A DNA stretch of 64,000 bases from an uncultured Chloroflexia bacterium (GCA_963748625.1 CAVVJT010000007.1:864001-928000), one strand, 5' to 3'; shown: positions 17,866-27,622, counted from the stretch's first letter. The notes: generated by a model not told the origin, from the letters alone. Translations and numbers: made by a program.

Positions 17866-20196
17866 ATGAACGGCATGGCCAGCCGGTGGTGCATCAGGAC
17901 TTCGGCCTGGTGGTTGTTCAGCCTGATCGCGGCCCTGCTCGCGGCTGGCTGTGCCGACGGAACCCCGGTGAAGCCCACTCCGCCCGTCGAGCCACCGGCC
18001 ACGATCGAGCCGGCAGTGACATCGGGGCTGCCCGCGCCAACGCCGACCAGCTCGCCGGCCCCCACACCGAAGCCCGGCTGGAACCAGGCCGCGCCCATGC
18101 CGCGCGAGCGAACCGGGTTTGATGCGGTGCTCATGGGCGACGGCACCGTCCTTGTGGTCGACGACGATCCGTCCAGCGACCTTGCTGCGCCAGGGAGCGA
18201 GCTCGTGGACGTGTACGACCCTGCGACTGACACCTGGCGCCCGGCCGAGAGCCTGAACAAGCCGCGAGCTGGCGCGGCCACGGTGGTACGCCCGGATGGG
18301 ACGGCGCTCGTGATTGGGGGGACCAACAGCGATGGGCAGGCATTCTCCAGCACGAAGGTCCTCGCCACGACGACGACCAGCTGGGAGGCGGGGCCACTGA
18401 TGAAGGTCGCGAGGATGTCGCCCGAGGCCGTGGTCCTGGGCAATGGTCACGTCCTCGTCGTGGACCAGACGGACAGCCGCCCGGTCACGACCACGAGCGA
18501 GCTCCTCGGCCCCCGCGGGAAGGCATGGACCACCCGCCGGACGCTGTCCGGCCATGTCGTCGCCGTCGACGCCCTCGTGCGGGCGGGCAACCACGGTGCG
18601 CTGGCCCTCGGCTGGGAGCGCGATGCCCATGTTGCTGACTCGATGCAGCCGGCGGCCCGCTACTACGACGCGTTCTTCGACACCTGGAAGACGGTCCCCG
18701 TTCCGAAGCTGCAGGTGCAGCCGGCGCTCGTCACGCTCCCCGACGGCAGGGTCCTCGCCGTCGGCGGCAACGGCGGCGGCGAGCTGGTGGGTCACCCGAA
18801 CACCCTGGCCACCGTCAGGGTGTTCGACCCAGCCCGGGCGAAATGGACGAATCTGGCGCCGATGGCGGAACCGCGCGAGAGCGCGCAGGTGGCGATGCTC
18901 GCCGACGGACGCGTGCTCGTCGCGGGCGGCATGCAGCGGACCACAGACGGCGGGCCGCCGCCGATCCTCGCATCATCGGAGATCTACGATCCAGGCACGG
19001 ACAGCTGGTCAACGGGCCCCGCCCTGCTCGAGCCGCGCGCCGGTGGCGCTGCGGTCACCCTTCGAGACGCGACGGTCCTCGTGCTCGGCGGGCAGGGTCT
19101 TATGGGCAGCCTCGTCACGGTCGAGCGCTTGTGGCTGGACGCCTCCACTTCCGCAGGACGGGAGCTCAACCCGACGCTCCTGCACTGGGACGCGATCGGG
19201 CAGCTTCCCTCGGAGGATGAAGGGCAGCTCATCGGCTTCGACAAAGGCTATGTCTACGTGGGCTACAGGGTGTGGTTCTCACCGGACGGCATGAGCTGGG
19301 AGGTGATCGAGCCACAACGCGCGATCTGTGACGACCCGGACTCGACCGCTCTCATCGCCAGCATCGTGTGGGCAGGAGCAACCGACGGCCACGAGGTCAT
19401 GCTCGTCGGATACCAGCTCGACGACTGCGTAGGGGGTTCACCGACGCCAGCCTCGTGGATCACGTCCGATGGCGTCACGTGGGAGCAGTCCCCGGCGGTG
19501 GAGCTGTCGAGGGGCTCTGGCGACATGCGCGAGGTGTGGGCAGTGCCGGACGGCTGGGAGGCGAGTGTCTACCTGCACAAGACCGACGACTTCGCTCGCT
19601 GGATCTCGATCGACGGCCTGACGTGGCAGAGCGCCCGGGCCCTGCCCGTCGATCTCAGCGCTGTGGCGCCTGACGGCACCCGAGTCGGCATCCGCCATCG
19701 CAAGACCGGAAGGAAGGAGACCCTCGTCGCGTCGACCGATGGACAGGCGTGGCGGGTCATCGACGCGCCCGTGCGCGGCGGGGTGGGTGCCGTGGTGCCA
19801 CCGGCGGCCGCCGGAGACCCGTGGATCGTGGTCAGCGAGACGGAGACCCAGTTGACGTTCGCCGCCTCGCGCGACCTTGTCCACTGGTCCTCGGTCTCCA
19901 CTCCGTACGCGTTCATCGACGGCATCACGCAGGCCCCACGTGGAGTCTTCCTGCTGTCGAGCGAGCCGTGCTGGGAAGGCCTTGGCGCGGGCCCTGCGCC
20001 GAGCGCGGGGCCTCCAGACTGCCCAGCGGACGGCGAGGTCGTGATCGACCTGCACATGAGCGCCGACGGTCTGCGCTGGGTGGATGTCGTCACCCCGGGC
20101 CCGCTCGTGGCAATCGCCGATGGGCCCGCTGGGACGCTGGCGGTCGAGTGGAACGACGGCAGCGGCGCTACGCGCGTCTGGCGCCTGGATCAGTAG
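17866..20196 (+). CDS. Kelch-repeat lipoprotein with a second Asp-box-like domain (unit 5 cargo)
   Basis: GAGGAG SD, lipobox LLAAGC, Kelch blades (LADGRVLVAGG...SEIYDP.TDSW), then S.DG..W repeats. Confidence 0.82.
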   Translation: MNGMASRWCIRTSAWWLFSLIAALLAAGCADGTPVKPTPPVEPPATIEPAVTSGLPAPTPTSSPAPTPKPGWNQAAPMPRERTGFDAVLMGDGTVLVVDDDPSSDLAAPGSELVDVYDPATDTWRPAESLNKPRAGAATVVRPDGTALVIGGTNSDGQAFSSTKVLATTTTSWEAGPLMKVARMSPEAVVLGNGHVLVVDQTDSRPVTTTSELLGPRGKAWTTRRTLSGHVVAVDALVRAGNHGALALGWERDAHVADSMQPAARYYDAFFDTWKTVPVPKLQVQPALVTLPDGRVLAVGGNGGGELVGHPNTLATVRVFDPARAKWTNLAPMAEPRESAQVAMLADGRVLVAGGMQRTTDGGPPPILASSEIYDPGTDSWSTGPALLEPRAGGAAVTLRDATVLVLGGQGLMGSLVTVERLWLDASTSAGRELNPTLLHWDAIGQLPSEDEGQLIGFDKGYVYVGYRVWFSPDGMSWEVIEPQRAICDDPDSTALIASIVWAGATDGHEVMLVGYQLDDCVGGSPTPASWITSDGVTWEQSPAVELSRGSGDMREVWAVPDGWEASVYLHKTDDFARWISIDGLTWQSARALPVDLSAVAPDGTRVGIRHRKTGRKETLVASTDGQAWRVIDAPVRGGVGAVVPPAAAGDPWIVVSETETQLTFAASRDLVHWSSVSTPYAFIDGITQAPRGVFLLSSEPCWEGLGAGPAPSAGPPDCPADGEVVIDLHMSADGLRWVDVVTPGPLVAIADGPAGTLAVEWNDGSGATRVWRLDQ

Positions 20197-20310
20197 GGAC
20201 GGTGCAGCTCGGTGTTGCCGACGGTGATCCTCGTCGGCGCAGCCTGCTTCGTGGCCACGACAGCCCTCGCGTCGAGAACGACCTCCTGGGGAGTGGACCA
20301 CGCGCCCGGC

Positions 20311-20520
20311 CCGCTCGCGTAGCCCTCAATGATCGGCGCCTTCACCGCTCGGCGGTTCGTGCCTGAAGGGGCCGAGGGTAGACCGCTCAGCTCCGCGAGG
20401 CTCCCAACGCACGTGCGCCACCGTTGCGCCACGCCCCGACAGGTTTCACGCTCAGGAAGCGCATGTGCTTCGTGAGCGACGACTCGAAGCCTTGCCTGCC
20501 GTGCTCCCGTCGCACGATCC
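20311..20520. repeat. Full att-like site; core 20401-20440 (last clear copy)
   Basis: Core 39/40; the right arm extends to GCCTTGCCTGCCGTGCTCCC, shared with the 11877 site. Confidence 0.9.
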
Positions 20521-20552
20521 GGATGCCGTGCCGCGGCCGCGCGGCCCTTCTT

Positions 20553-21545
20553 TCAGAACGCCCGGTTGCGCCGGGCCGCCAAGAGGATTGCCTCGGCCTC
20601 CTGGTAGGTGCGATTGAGCTGGGCCGTCTCGATGAACGTCATGAACACGCGATCGGCTGGGATGAGCTGGCCGATCAGCACCGACACGACCGTGGCGGGA
20701 CCTCGATCGGCGATGCTCTCGGCCACGGCCCGATCGAACGTCGCTGACACGAAGGTCCGCGGTGGCGGGACGCGAAGCGGGCCCTCGCTGGTCAGACCCC
20801 GATACAACCAGAGCCGGTCCTGCCCAGCGGCTCGAAGCATCGCTCGCACGAAGCCAAGGCGGGCGACGACATGATCGGCGCGCCGCTCCTCGCTCCACGC
20901 ACCGGCGAAGAGGTCCGGGTCCCGCACGACCTTGCCGCGGTACGGGACAAGCCCCAGCCGGGCGATCACGATCTCGTGGCCCTTGACCATCTCGCCCGAT
21001 GACGGATTGCTGACATACCGCTCGGCGAACATCCTCTCCATGTCGGTCATCGCACGGGCGGCCATGTGGTCGGCGAGGAGGCGCTGGACGAAGGCGTCGC
21101 CGACGCGTCCGTTGACGTCGATGCGGAGCGGTGCGTCGCCAAGGATGACCGCAGCTGCGCGTTCCTCCTCCCGAAGACGGGCCTGCGTCCGGGCCCGAGC
21201 CCGGGGGTCCACCGGGATGGCGAGTGAACGGCTGAACCGGTCGACCGCCGCGGCGAAAGCGGTCAGCGTCGCGGCATCTGCGCGCCGGGCATCAAGCTCG
21301 AATTGGAAATGGCAGACCCGCTCCGCCTCGATCAGCCAGCGAGCGCCGCGATCCTCGAACGCCAGCACCTCGACCTCGAAGGTGCCCAGATCCACGTCGA
21401 CTGCCCGGATCGCCACGGGAGTTCGCCGGGTGTCGAGCATGCGGCCCGCATTGCCGGGCACGAGGTGGTGGAGCTCACCCAGCACGAAGCTGCTATCGGG
21501 CGCCTGATCGGGAGTGGACTCGTGGATCGGCTTGGATGTGCCCAC
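20553..21545 (-). CDS. Hypothetical protein with a putative C-terminal R-S-E ADP-ribosyltransferase-like domain
   Basis: LWLYRG, FVSATF and YQEAEAILL motifs in order. GTG at 21545 follows GGAG; start uncertain. Confidence 0.55.
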   Translation of the reverse strand: MGTSKPIHESTPDQAPDSSFVLGELHHLVPGNAGRMLDTRRTPVAIRAVDVDLGTFEVEVLAFEDRGARWLIEAERVCHFQFELDARRADAATLTAFAAAVDRFSRSLAIPVDPRARARTQARLREEERAAAVILGDAPLRIDVNGRVGDAFVQRLLADHMAARAMTDMERMFAERYVSNPSSGEMVKGHEIVIARLGLVPYRGKVVRDPDLFAGAWSEERRADHVVARLGFVRAMLRAAGQDRLWLYRGLTSEGPLRVPPPRTFVSATFDRAVAESIADRGPATVVSVLIGQLIPADRVFMTFIETAQLNRTYQEAEAILLAARRNRAF

Positions 21546-22035
21546 CAGCTGGCTCCCTGCATTCGGTCGTGCCTTCCCGCCCAGACCGCGCCAAGACGAT
21601 ACACGTGCCGGGGCGAGTCTCGATGTGGCTGCAATGGTGACTCGACCGCGGGACGCACCAGCCCGCCCAGCACTGGACCAAGAGCCCAAACCGCTTGCCG
21701 TGGGGCCGGCACCGAGCCCACGATGGGTCGCCCCGCGCAGTGGGAGCTGTGCGCCACGGGCCGATGAGCGTCACCCGGAAGCGCACCGTCCCGTCGGGCT
21801 GGATCGCCAGGGTGGTCAGCGAGGCCCTCCTCCGCAGTGCAGAGGGAGTGGAGGGGGTCTCGCGGGCGCGGGTTTGAGCCGCTCCCAGTCCGTTTGCACC
21901 TTGGCCGGACAAGGGCGAGTCACCTAAGGTGACGATGGGAGGGATGCATCGGCTACCGGCATGCGGACATCCCGCCCGAACGCGCGGAGGCACCCGAGGC
22001 AGCCCCGCGCCCGTGCGTCCCGAGGGGAGTCGAGG

Positions 22036-25000
22036 ATGGCACGCATCGCGCACCGCACCGGTCGACGGGTCCTGGTGGCACTCGTCGTCGCAGTCCTGGC
22101 GTCCGCATCGCCCTCGGCGGGCGGTCCCGGCCCCGGCGCCGGTCGCGCCACTGCCTCGACCGCCGCTCCAACGACGCCCGTGAAGGCCGTGGAGGCAGGC
22201 GGGCTCCAGACATGCGCCATCCTGGGAGACGGGACTCTGCGCTGCTGGGGCGACATGCTCCTTGTCCCGGATCCTCCGGCAGGGACATTCGAGTCGATCA
22301 GCATGTCGGCGACCAGTGCCTGCGCGATCCGCACGGACGGCGCGATGACGTGCTGGGACATCGAGGACGACGGCGGGGCGCCAGCCCCTGGTGGGACGTT
22401 CAAGCAGGTCGAGACCGGGCCCTACCACAGTTGCGCTATCCGGTCCGATGGGTCGGTCACCTGCTGGGGCACGAATTGGTACGGAGAGACCCAAGCGCCT
22501 GATGGTGAATACACCGACCTGGTGACGGGTGACTTCTGGAGCTGTGGCCTGCTCGTAGACGGATCGGTCACGTGCTGGGGCGGCGACCCCGAAGGGAGCC
22601 CCCGCCCGTCGCTGAGCGGCAAATTCGTGGCTCTCGGCGGCCCGGAACCACTCTGCGGCATCCACGACGACGGCTCCGCTAGGTGCTGGGACTGGGAGGG
22701 AGAGTACTCGGCGAGCGGCAGCTACCTCGACATCGACGGGCGCTGTGCCGTCCGCGCGGACCGCACGCTCTTCTGCTGGGGCGACGAGCCAGACGCAGGC
22801 ACCAACGGGCTCGCCCTCGTGCCGGCAGGGTCCTTCGACTCCGTGTCCACCGGCTTCTGGCACGCATGCGCGCTGGCCGGCACTGCCATGACCTGCTGGG
22901 GCAACAACTACGCAACGCAGGTCGTGCCAGCGCCCACGCCCACGATGATCGGGCCGGCCCCCTGGCGTTCGACAGCGATGACAACCGTCGAGTGGGCGGC
23001 TCGTCCCGCCTTGAGCGCGGTCACCTCGTATGACGTCAGGTATCGGCGCGCGTCCGCTACGGGCGGGTTCGGAGCCTGGACGACCTGGCTGACGGGCACC
23101 ACCCAGACGAGTGCCGCCTTCGCCACGTCGCCCGGCTACACCTACTGCTTCGCTGTGCGTGCGCACGACGCCAGCGGTGCGATCTCGTGGTGGACGAACC
23201 AGGGCTGGAATCTCGGCGAGACCGGCTGCACGACCACGCCAGTCGATGACCGCGCCCTCGTGCGCTCAGCGGGGTGGGACTCGGTCTCCGACCCGGCCCT
23301 GTTCCGGTCGACCGGGCTGCGCACCACCAGGCAGGGTGCCACGCTGAAGCTCAACGACGTCCGGGCCGGCTGGGTGGTCTTGCTGGCCACCACCTGCCCA
23401 ACCTGCGGCTCCGTCAAGGTGGCAGTCGCCGGCCACGGGTCCAGATCGCTGAGCCTGCGGTCGCCGGTCACGACGACACGCTTCCTGCCTGCCTTCTACG
23501 AGGACGTCGATGGAAGGGTTGATGTCACCGTCACGGTCACATCGTCCAGCGGGCAGGTGCAGGTTGATGGCTTGCTCGTCAGCCCGCTGGAGCTCGGTCC
23601 GGCGTGGGCGGATGCCGACAATCCGCCGCAGCCGGTCAGCGCATCGGTCACACGCGGGGCGACGGACATCAGCGCAGGCGACGGCCATACGTGTGCGGTC
23701 ACGGTCGATGGTGGGCTTGCCTGCTGGGGCAACAACTCGGACAAGCAGTCTGAAGCGCCGGCGGGACTGTTCACCTCTGTCGCGGCTGGCGGCACGCTCA
23801 GCTGCGGCGTGCGCAACGACGGGGCCGCCGTCTGCTGGGGCGGTGACAGCGCGTGGAGCTGGGACGACCCACCCGCGGCGCCGGCGGGCACGTTCAAACG
23901 CCTCGTGTTCACCTCGATGGACGACCTGTGCGGGATCCGGACGGACAACAGCCTCTGGTGCGGCGGTGGAGAGGACGAGCTGCCTCCCGGGCAATTCGCC
24001 TCGCTCGCCACAGACGGCTTGGCGGCATGCGCCGTGCGCACGGATGGCGAGCTCATCTGCTGGGGCGAGGGCCCGGTGGCGGTCGACGCACCGGGCGGAG
24101 TGTTCACCACTGTGGACGTCAGCAGGGGACACGCGTGTGCGATCGCTGATGACGGCCACCTGGAGTGCTGGGGCGACAATGAGGTCGGCCAAGCCACCGC
24201 TCCGGACGGGACGTTCAAGGCCGTTACGACCGGCTCGAGCCATAGTTGCGCCATCCGGGGCGACGGCACGATCGCCTGCTGGGGTGACGCCGAATATGGC
24301 GAACTGCTCGCTCCCTCCGGCACGTTCACCGGCATCTCTGCGGGCGGACGGCACACCTGCGCTTTCGCCGCCGAGACGGTGGCCTGCTGGGGCCAGAACC
24401 GTGACGGCCAAGCCAATCCGACACCCACCACCACCGTCGGTGCTCTCGCACCGTACACGGTGGCGAAGACGACAAGGGTGACCTGGTCCGCGTCAGGGCT
24501 GGCGCCCATCACGTCGTATGACGTCCGCTATCGCGTGGCGCCATGGAACGGATCCTTCGGCGACTGGGTGGCCTGGCAGACCGCGACCGCTGCCACGACC
24601 GCTGCGCGCAATGTGCCCGCCGGGTCGACGGTCTGTCACTCGGCCCGTGCGCGCGACGTGGACGGCGTGCAGTCCCGCTGGTCTGGCGAACGCTGCGTAC
24701 GTACGCCGGTCGACGACCGGGCGCTCGCGAGGTCGACGGGCTGGACGAAGATCACGGGAACCGCGTACTACAGGGGCACCGGCCTGCGGGCGTCGCGCAC
24801 TGGGGCGAGGCTCTCGCTCGGTGGCGTCCGGCAGTGGTCCGGCCTGTACCTGGTGGCCACCACCTGCCCCACCTGTGGCGTGGTCAGGGTGACCCTGGGT
24901 CCCTACCGCAGCAAGCGGATCAACCTGTACTCCGCGACGCGCGTGGACCGCAAGGTCATCCGCGTCGCGCCATTCAACGACGACTACGCACCGACGCGCG

Positions 25001-25092
25001 TCACGGTGAACGTGACAGTCGTCTCCTCCGGCAAGAAGGTCGTCATCGACGGCCTCCTCATCAAGGGCGCATGGGACGACCTCGCCTGGTGA
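22036..25092 (+). CDS. Secreted RCC1/BLIP-II-repeat protein with FN3 domains, internally duplicated
   Basis: Signal peptide; many H.CAI..DG...CWG repeats; two TSYDVRYR FN3 plus TPVDDRAL modules. Confidence 0.82.
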   Translation: MARIAHRTGRRVLVALVVAVLASASPSAGGPGPGAGRATASTAAPTTPVKAVEAGGLQTCAILGDGTLRCWGDMLLVPDPPAGTFESISMSATSACAIRTDGAMTCWDIEDDGGAPAPGGTFKQVETGPYHSCAIRSDGSVTCWGTNWYGETQAPDGEYTDLVTGDFWSCGLLVDGSVTCWGGDPEGSPRPSLSGKFVALGGPEPLCGIHDDGSARCWDWEGEYSASGSYLDIDGRCAVRADRTLFCWGDEPDAGTNGLALVPAGSFDSVSTGFWHACALAGTAMTCWGNNYATQVVPAPTPTMIGPAPWRSTAMTTVEWAARPALSAVTSYDVRYRRASATGGFGAWTTWLTGTTQTSAAFATSPGYTYCFAVRAHDASGAISWWTNQGWNLGETGCTTTPVDDRALVRSAGWDSVSDPALFRSTGLRTTRQGATLKLNDVRAGWVVLLATTCPTCGSVKVAVAGHGSRSLSLRSPVTTTRFLPAFYEDVDGRVDVTVTVTSSSGQVQVDGLLVSPLELGPAWADADNPPQPVSASVTRGATDISAGDGHTCAVTVDGGLACWGNNSDKQSEAPAGLFTSVAAGGTLSCGVRNDGAAVCWGGDSAWSWDDPPAAPAGTFKRLVFTSMDDLCGIRTDNSLWCGGGEDELPPGQFASLATDGLAACAVRTDGELICWGEGPVAVDAPGGVFTTVDVSRGHACAIADDGHLECWGDNEVGQATAPDGTFKAVTTGSSHSCAIRGDGTIACWGDAEYGELLAPSGTFTGISAGGRHTCAFAAETVACWGQNRDGQANPTPTTTVGALAPYTVAKTTRVTWSASGLAPITSYDVRYRVAPWNGSFGDWVAWQTATAATTAARNVPAGSTVCHSARARDVDGVQSRWSGERCVRTPVDDRALARSTGWTKITGTAYYRGTGLRASRTGARLSLGGVRQWSGLYLVATTCPTCGVVRVTLGPYRSKRINLYSATRVDRKVIRVAPFNDDYAPTRVTVNVTVVSSGKKVVIDGLLIKGAWDDLAW

Positions 25093-25296
25093 GCGCCGCC
25101 AGGCCGGGATGACATCAGCCTCACCGCGCGTGCTGCGGCGTCCTTTGGACCCCGCGGCCACGAGCGGATCGGCACTGGCGACGGCGTGGCGCAGCGATCA
25201 CGGTCGTGCCGCCGCTTGGAACGTTGTCGTCCCGGCGCAGGACCGGCGGCGTGCCGGGTCGCGCCACCTGTGGTCCAGGTATCGGTGGAGTTCGGC

Positions 25297-26262
25297 ATGG
25301 CTGGTCGTCTGGCGACGCTGGTGGCGATCCTGGGCCTGGTCCTCGTGGCGTGCAGCGGCGAGGCACAGCCGACCAAGTCGGTGCGGGCCAGCCCAACCCC
25401 ATCGCAGGGCTCGTCCTCGCCGACCACCGTGACGCCGCCGCCTCCTGCCACGCCCTCTCTGGCCCCCGTGGCCACGTCAACCCCCGTGGCCACGTCAACC
25501 CCCGTGGCCACGTCAACCACCGTGGCCACGCCAACCCCCGCTGCCGCGGTCACGGCCGCGCCGCGGACGCTCGGCCCGGACCTGGTCGCGGTCGTGGTGA
25601 CCAACAACCTGGTGATCCGGAGCGAGCCAAGGATCGGCAAACGCTCCTCCGTCTACAAGCCGTACCTGGGGCGTCGTGAGCAGGTCTTCGTCATCGGTGG
25701 TCCGGTACGCGCGAGTGGGTACGACTGGTACGAGGTCATGCCTCTCTCAGCCAGGTTCGAGGACACCGGCTGGGTCGCCGCAGCAAGCGAAGCTGGCAAG
25801 CCGTGGATCAAGCCGTTGGGGGCAGCCCCAACGTGCCCGCCCGCGCCGATCACGGTGACCGAGCTCGATGCACTCACGTCCGGCGTCCGGCTTGCCTGCT
25901 TCAGCGGCGTTCCGATCACGGTGCGGGCGCAGCTGGAGGGGTGCGGCGTCGACATGCCCGATGCCATGTACGAGCCGGAGATGTTCAACGGGTTCTACGA
26001 TCCAGGCGCTGAGGATCTCGTCCCGATCGTGCTCGGCGAACCCGGAACTGACCCATGCGAGCTGGACAGGCAGCTTCGGCTCACCGTCGACCCAGCCTCG
26101 ATCTCGGCGATCCAAGTGCCGATCGGCGATGTCGCAGAGCTGACCGGCATCTTCGACCACCCCGCTGCCAGGGAGTGTGAGTTTGTCAGCTTCATCGAGG
26201 ATCTGAGTCAGCCGGAGCCCGAGTGGTGCCGACCGCAGTTCGTCGTCACGCACATCGAGTGA
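25297..26262 (+). CDS. Lipoprotein with an SH3-like domain, paralog of 10848-11849
   Basis: Lipobox LVAC; PVATST 18-bp repeats; shared motifs GPV.AS.Y.WY.V, GWVAAAS..G.PW, TGIFDH.AAR.C and CR..FV.T. Confidence 0.78.
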   Translation: MAGRLATLVAILGLVLVACSGEAQPTKSVRASPTPSQGSSSPTTVTPPPPATPSLAPVATSTPVATSTPVATSTTVATPTPAAAVTAAPRTLGPDLVAVVVTNNLVIRSEPRIGKRSSVYKPYLGRREQVFVIGGPVRASGYDWYEVMPLSARFEDTGWVAAASEAGKPWIKPLGAAPTCPPAPITVTELDALTSGVRLACFSGVPITVRAQLEGCGVDMPDAMYEPEMFNGFYDPGAEDLVPIVLGEPGTDPCELDRQLRLTVDPASISAIQVPIGDVAELTGIFDHPAARECEFVSFIEDLSQPEPEWCRPQFVVTHIE

Positions 26263-26398
26263 TCGCTGGAACCCCCAACAGGCCGGTGCCTGGGCTGCAC
26301 CGCAGGTCGACCGAGTGGCCCGTTCTCCAGGTCGGCGTCGGCATCGCACCCCGGGCGGCAAGCGCGGGAGAACGTCTCGACCCGGTTGACGGGCACAC

Positions 26399-27622
26399 CT
26401 ATTGCGGTGCAGTCGCCGGAACGAAGCGCCACGTGTCGGGAATGGGCGTCGGGCAGCCGGGCGTGTCCGGCACCCATACCTGCCAGCCCCCGGCAACCAG
26501 CACGGAACCGTCCTCGAGCAGCACCGCCGTCGCATCGTTGCGTTGATCGGGGATCGGCTCGGACTCGGTCCAGATCCGGGCTTCGGGGTCGTAGATGGCC
26601 GTGCGTGCCCCTGCGACAGCGAGCACCCGTCCGTCTGCCAGGACCGCCATCGCCGGGCGTCGGCCCGACGCATCGAAGTCGTCCGTCGGCGCCCAGGTTC
26701 CCGTCGACGGGTCGAATCGCTCGACGATCGACGTGGGCTGGGAGGTCTCACCGCCGACGACCAGCGCACCGCCGTCGGGAATGGCGATCATCGAGAACCT
26801 GCTCCGCGGGGCAGAGAGCGTCCCGGCGGGGGACCAGTGGTTGTCGCTCGGGTCATAGATCTCGACCGAGACGAGCGGGTCATCGCCGCCCCACTCCGGC
26901 ACTCCGCCCGCGACGAGAACCCGGCCGTCCGACAGGGTCACCGCCACCGCGCCCAGGCGCGGGCTCGACATCCAGTCGATCGCCGCCCATCCGCCGGTGT
27001 CCGGGTCCCAGATCTCAGCGGAGCTGAGGGCGCCCCCCTCCCGGGAGACGTCGATGAGCAGGCCACCCGCCACCAGGACTCGGCCATCGGGCAGCGCGGC
27101 GGCCGCGAAGGCCATCCGTGCGGTGTTGAGCAAGCCTGACCGCGACCACTCCTGCGTCCGGTGGTCGAACACGACCGTGCTCGACTTGGCTACGTATTCC
27201 GAGCTCGCTCCGCCAGTGATGAGGGCGTCCCCGTCCGCGGCCGCTACCAGCATGATCCCGTTGCGCTGGGCGGGCAGGGGGGCGGCCATGCGCCAAGCCG
27301 CCGTATCCGGGCCCCAGAGCTCGGCGGTGCCAGTCTCCGCGTTCTCGATCTCGCACAGGAGATCGTCGCCAACCGCAAGCACCTCGCCCGTGCCAAGGCG
27401 TACGAGCTGGGTCCCAACGCGGTGGTCGTTGAGCGCGCCCGCCGCCACCCAGGTGCCGGAGCCGCCCGATGGGGGCGAGGTTGTCGCCGCCAGCTCGGGG
27501 GATCTGGTTGGTGTCGCCTGCGGGGAGGGGCTGGCGACCTGGCCGTCCGGGGCTGTCCCGGGACCGCAAGCTGCGAGCATGACGCCGAGGGCCATGATCA
27601 GGATCGCCCTTGCCTTGGACAT
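26399..27622 (-). CDS. Kelch-repeat lipoprotein
   Basis: Lipobox MLAAC; LPDGRVLVAGG...AEIWDP repeats. Confidence 0.82.
   Translation of the reverse strand: MSKARAILIMALGVMLAACGPGTAPDGQVASPSPQATPTRSPELAATTSPPSGGSGTWVAAGALNDHRVGTQLVRLGTGEVLAVGDDLLCEIENAETGTAELWGPDTAAWRMAAPLPAQRNGIMLVAAADGDALITGGASSEYVAKSSTVVFDHRTQEWSRSGLLNTARMAFAAAALPDGRVLVAGGLLIDVSREGGALSSAEIWDPDTGGWAAIDWMSSPRLGAVAVTLSDGRVLVAGGVPEWGGDDPLVSVEIYDPSDNHWSPAGTLSAPRSRFSMIAIPDGGALVVGGETSQPTSIVERFDPSTGTWAPTDDFDASGRRPAMAVLADGRVLAVAGARTAIYDPEARIWTESEPIPDQRNDATAVLLEDGSVLVAGGWQVWVPDTPGCPTPIPDTWRFVPATAPQ

Larger units (their letters stand above)
7405..20440. mobile_element. tRNA-Pro-anchored tandem array of att-delimited units (integron-like cassette array or accreted island)
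   Basis: A 40-bp core (tRNA 5' half) at 7405, 9560, 10673, 11967, 17560 and 20401, with a single recombinase in the first unit. Confidence 0.75.

Noticed and set aside
20190-20432. 80-aa minus-strand ORF starting inside the att core
   Set aside because: Its N-terminus translates the repeat itself; at most a C-terminal gene remnant, with no supportable product.
9560-20440. Additional functional tRNA-Pro genes, or intron-split tRNAs
   Set aside because: Each copy stops at the anticodon loop. I found no T-arm (TTCGAA), acceptor 3' strand or CCA following any copy on the minus strand.
7561-20440. Classical integron (IntI with attC sites)
   Set aside because: The recombinase lacks an evident IntI insertion, and the sites are tRNA-derived without RYYYAAC/GTTRRRY ends.
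7561-20440. Prophage or ICE
   Set aside because: No structural, replication, relaxase or conjugation genes are recognisable.
25182-25196. Short match to the tRNA 5' end (GGCGTGGCGCAGCG) in the opposite orientation
   Set aside because: Only about 13 matching nt in GC-rich DNA with no arm motifs; likely chance.
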